A DNA stretch of 62,269 nucleotides from an uncultured virus (IMG/VR IMGVR_UViG_3300022200_000021) (taxonomy: Duplodnaviria > Heunggongvirae > Uroviricota > Caudoviricetes). Below, piece by piece: positions 58,994-62,269 of the stretch; the first letter of the stretch is position 1; each line of letters begins with the position of its first letter. A model generated the notes under the pieces. The model was not told where the DNA came from and did no database searches. It saw only the letters and a program-made list of their open reading frames with translations. The DNA is taken from the IMG/VR virus record IMGVR_UViG_3300022200_000021; one strand, 5' to 3'. The position numbers were made by a program, and so were the translations under genes.

Positions 58994-61042
58994 TTATAAT
59001 CCTGTGTAAATAATGTAGCTCAATGCTAAATACGGGTTCATTATATCAACCGGTTGTCCGACTACATCTGCTTTTACTTTTCCGCTAGTAGTTAACCCGT
59101 GACTACCTCCTGCACCGGACTCGAACGGTAATTGAAGTACTTCATCATCGACAGGTTCTCCTGCACCTACCTTTACTGCATAATATTGCGATCCTGTAAT
59201 ATCTTCTAAACTATGAGTATGCTCTGGTAAATTTGAAGTTTGTATTGTTTTTGAATTAGCCCCTGCTGCTCCGCCTAATGTGTTTGCTTGAAAGTCTGTA
59301 ATTCTATTTGCACTAGTATTACCTAAGTTGTCTAATCCTAGTGGAAATCTACCTCTCATATCAGGTAGTGCAAATAAATTAACTCCAAAATCGGAAATTA
59401 GCGAAGGGTCTTTAAAAGTATGACCAATTGTTGCCCATAGAATGTTGTATTCAGTTTTACTAATTTCTGCACCATTACAAAATAGCCACCCTTCCGGCGG
59501 TGTTGAGCCACCATACGGTAATATTACCCCTGCAGGTGTTAATCGAAGAGATTTTAAAAAGTTTCGTTTAGAAATTTTATAAACACCTGTTTCTCCAGTA
59601 ATTGCATTTAATATAATCTCATCAGAGTCGTCTGCATTACTAATTGAATCTTTATTTGATATAAAACTGTTTGCAATTTTAATATTAAACGATTTATTGC
59701 TACCTCCAGTTTGTCCATCGAACTCAAAACTTGATGGTGACACATCACCTGCAATTGAAAATGTAGTTACACTAGTTAATTTGTCAGCAGATCCTGCTCT
59801 GCCGCTAACAGATCCTGTAACATTTCCCTGTAAGTTTCCAAAAAAAGTTGTTGCATGTACTTGAGCAAATTTGTTTTCAGAACTGCCAATAATTCGTTCT
59901 GCTGCTAAATCAGGTTGGATATTAGTTGTTACAGTAGACCCTAATACATTTAAGTTTCCACCAAGCGTAGTATTCAACGCAACTGCTAACCCTCCACTAG
60001 TGATTATTGACCCTGAAGAAATATCATTACTATCAGCCGTACTAAAAACTTCTAAAATTCCAGATCCAGGTTCGTCATTTTTAGGAGAAATAATAACATT
60101 ACCGTATACATCTAAACTTTCATTAGGTGCAGGATTATTAATTCCAACTCTTTGGTTAGAATCAACTGTTAATATTGTTTTTATAATACCTGCTGATCGT
60201 AACCTAAAATCTATCTTAGACCCACTGGTATTATGTTGTATTACACCAATCTCTCCATCAATGCTAGTTGATAACTGATTATTATTGCCTACATAAATGC
60301 CATTATTATTTTTAATTCTTAATTCGTAATTAGTAGTTGAAATTTTATCGCTTCTTAAAAAGTTGCCAGAAGGCACTACATCCGATCCTACAATTAAGTT
60401 TTCAGCTTTTTCTGCAATACCATTATATTTTAACGATTGGTTGTTAATTGTTAATGTACTTAAATTAACTCCTGCTTTAATTCCTGATCTAAATCCATTA
60501 ATTGTGACTTTTGGAACAAATGCATCTGGACTAATAATTATTAGAGGTACATTTTCAACCTTTAACGATAATATTACATAAGAAATGTTTTCAATACTTA
60601 CTACAGTTTCTGCTTCTAAGCCGGATAATAGTCCATCTGAATACGAAGGACCGATTAAAATCCAAGAACTACCAGTAAACATGTACAACTGCTGACGGTC
60701 TGTATTAACCCATAAATCACCTGCTGCACTATTTGATACTTCTGGCTGTAATTTTGATTTTTTCAATCCACCTGCAGATGTCCATGTAGTACCATCGTAT
60801 ACTTTTAATTGATCTACACCGATAGACGTATCATACCAAAGTTGCCCTTCAACAGGTCGAGTTGGAGAAGTATCATTTGCAAAATTTTCCAATAAATGTA
60901 GAAAATTTTCTGATATAACTTGCCCGTACGACGAAGTGTATCTACCTGGAAATGCAATAGTTGTTTCATTATTAATTGTATTATCTTCAACTACTATCTC
61001 TCCTTTATTTGTAGAATCTGTATAATTAATAGAGTATGACAT
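58994..61042 (-). CDS. Baseplate wedge/short tail fibre with tail-collar domain
   Basis: Same N-domain; PAGVILPYGG..PEGWLFCNG...FALPDMRGRFPLG collar motif. Confidence 0.8.
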   Translation of the reverse strand: MSYSINYTDSTNKGEIVVEDNTINNETTIAFPGRYTSSYGQVISENFLHLLENFANDTSPTRPVEGQLWYDTSIGVDQLKVYDGTTWTSAGGLKKSKLQPEVSNSAAGDLWVNTDRQQLYMFTGSSWILIGPSYSDGLLSGLEAETVVSIENISYVILSLKVENVPLIIISPDAFVPKVTINGFRSGIKAGVNLSTLTINNQSLKYNGIAEKAENLIVGSDVVPSGNFLRSDKISTTNYELRIKNNNGIYVGNNNQLSTSIDGEIGVIQHNTSGSKIDFRLRSAGIIKTILTVDSNQRVGINNPAPNESLDVYGNVIISPKNDEPGSGILEVFSTADSNDISSGSIITSGGLAVALNTTLGGNLNVLGSTVTTNIQPDLAAERIIGSSENKFAQVHATTFFGNLQGNVTGSVSGRAGSADKLTSVTTFSIAGDVSPSSFEFDGQTGGSNKSFNIKIANSFISNKDSISNADDSDEIILNAITGETGVYKISKRNFLKSLRLTPAGVILPYGGSTPPEGWLFCNGAEISKTEYNILWATIGHTFKDPSLISDFGVNLFALPDMRGRFPLGLDNLGNTSANRITDFQANTLGGAAGANSKTIQTSNLPEHTHSLEDITGSQYYAVKVGAGEPVDDEVLQLPFESGAGGSHGLTTSGKVKADVVGQPVDIMNPYLALSYIIYTGL

Positions 61043-61045
61043 AAG

Positions 61046-61636
61046 TTACCCCGCTAAACTTTGAACACGTACAGTGTAGTCAATTGCAATCAAACGATTT
61101 AATGCTTTTTGTACAGGATGAAATATAACATGAGTTATTAATCGACCTGTTCCCGATGCGTTGTAACTTCTAAGACCTAACTCGTCAAAAACATAAGCAT
61201 CAGTATAGCTCGATGCAGTATCAAATGCTTGTTGCCCGTCTGGCTCTCCAAAATCTAACAAGCACTTAACTAAAATGTCTGTGTAATTAGTACCACTTGC
61301 GTGTCTAACTTCTATATTATTTCTTGCAGGATCTGTATTATTAATAGATCGATCATCTACTACTTTTGTATATGTTTGGTTATACAAACTTGCATTTGTT
61401 CCTGTAGAATTTGGAGTTAAATATGTAATAATTCCTGTAGGATCTACCGAAGTGCCACCGTTTCCAAAACTCATTTCATAAATGTATCCTTGTCCTGCAT
61501 TACTCAAACTTTCAGCTAATGCAATACTCATATTTTCGTAATGTATGCTGTTATCTTTATCAATAAAAATTTCATCTGTTTCAGGATCAAATATTTTAAT
61601 GTGTCCTTTAACAAGTGCTTTAAGATCGCTCTTCAC
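61046..61636 (-). CDS. Probable baseplate/virion structural protein
   Basis: GHIKI, FGNGG, FDELGL and THVIFHPVQK motifs; GTG start after AGGAGG. Confidence 0.65.
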   Translation of the reverse strand: MKSDLKALVKGHIKIFDPETDEIFIDKDNSIHYENMSIALAESLSNAGQGYIYEMSFGNGGTSVDPTGIITYLTPNSTGTNASLYNQTYTKVVDDRSINNTDPARNNIEVRHASGTNYTDILVKCLLDFGEPDGQQAFDTASSYTDAYVFDELGLRSYNASGTGRLITHVIFHPVQKALNRLIAIDYTVRVQSLAG

Positions 61637-61719
61637 TAGTTAGATCCTCCTAAGTTGTGTTGCTGTTTCATTTTAATTTCCAAATTTTTTAGACATATTG
61701 TATTTATTCGCATCTTCAG

Positions 61720-62269
61720 TTACCTTGTTAGAAACTGCTTAATGGTTAAATTAGTGTTATTATCTACATTCCCAGATAAGTTCCAAACTTGTCCAATTTT
61801 CTTAGTAACAGTAACTGTTACCCCTTCTGGAGGATTATTAGTTAATATGACTGTTTTTAAGTCATTACTTATTGAAAATTCTGCAGGAAGAATGATATCT
61901 GCTTCTGTACTATCTAATCCTTTAGTTATATCGTATTTTGCAATCTCATTCTTTCTTAATCTAGTACCTCCTACAAATACCTCCACTTCATTCACATTGT
62001 TTACATTAAATTGTAATTCATACTGTGTTTGTTCGCTAGATACATTTTTAAAATTTTGTGTTAACATTGTATCTTTATAAGGTATAGTTTTACTAAAATC
62101 GTAACTAACTACTTCAGTTAATGCTGCATGTGTTTCTGGAATACCAGTTCCTAATGTTCCCCTACGAAGCTGACGTAACATATTATCTTCTTTTATAAAA
62201 TATTCAATACGTTCACCGTTTATAAAAATAATACCCGGTAAGTTGCGTTTTTTGTCTGGATTAGCAAGA
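61720..62269 (-). CDS. 3' end of a large virion structural protein (partial)
   Basis: The frame stays open to the window edge: PGIIFINGERIEYF..LRQLRRGTLGTG. Confidence 0.65.
   Translation of the reverse strand, partial: LANPDKKRNLPGIIFINGERIEYFIKEDNMLRQLRRGTLGTGIPETHAALTEVVSYDFSKTIPYKDTMLTQNFKNVSSEQTQYELQFNVNNVNEVEVFVGGTRLRKNEIAKYDITKGLDSTEADIILPAEFSISNDLKTVILTNNPPEGVTVTVTKKIGQVWNLSGNVDNNTNLTIKQFLTR

Noticed and set aside
47127..61042. Diversity-generating retroelement acting on fibre genes
   Set aside because: No reverse transcriptase and no adenine-specific TR/VR pair seen. Mtd_N-like N-termini alone do not imply a DGR.
61637..61696. Two tiny minus-strand uORFs (MSKKFGN, MKQQHNLGGSN) as a regulatory leader
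   Set aside because: Expected by chance in AT-rich DNA; there is no supporting structure.
407..62080. Numerous short antisense or nested ORFs in the track (e.g. 407-658, 17108-17461, 46103-46603, 55843-56313, 61655-62080)
   Set aside because: They lie opposite or inside well-supported genes, lack RBSs and motifs, and look like codon-bias shadows.
1..62269. Stop-codon reassignment
   Set aside because: Standard-code ORFs tile the window densely, and TAA, TAG and TGA all end genes. Internal stops occur only in the remnants.
1..62269. CRISPR array, tRNA or rRNA genes
   Set aside because: Intergenic gaps are short. I saw no repeat-spacer periodicity or cloverleaf by eye; a tRNAscan/Infernal run would be needed to exclude small RNAs.

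Overview
A 62 kb, strongly AT-rich, gene-dense segment of a large (jumbo-type, distantly T4-like) tailed dsDNA phage. The two-component spanin points to a Gram-negative host. In order, it contains: virion/baseplate genes (1-7.5 kb); a stand-alone DnaE fragment, GroES-like co-chaperonin, DEDD exonuclease, clamp loader, DHFR, dCMP deaminase and PhoH; a lysis cassette (GH19 endolysin, spanins, holin); DnaJ and ClpA; putative head-packaged proteins; and a family-B DNA polymerase fractured into two genes by a cysteine-free split intein, with a decayed Vsr-like endonuclease between the halves. Next come a sliding clamp and a 7-deazaguanine DNA-modification cluster (DpdA-like transglycosylase, unknown ORF, atypical QueD paralog with an LxxxHRHxF motif, glycosyltransferase, dUTPase, PRTase, FolE). 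The cluster's QueE lies about 9.7 kb downstream, beyond an adhesin/glycoside-hydrolase cassette and an IS605/TnpB remnant. RNase H and a minus-strand tail/baseplate block follow. The best candidates for new biology are the glycosyltransferase-containing deazaguanine cluster, the split-intein PolB, and three mobile-nuclease remnants missed by the ORF track, each abutting the start of the next gene. All calls come from motif recognition by eye; no database searches were run.
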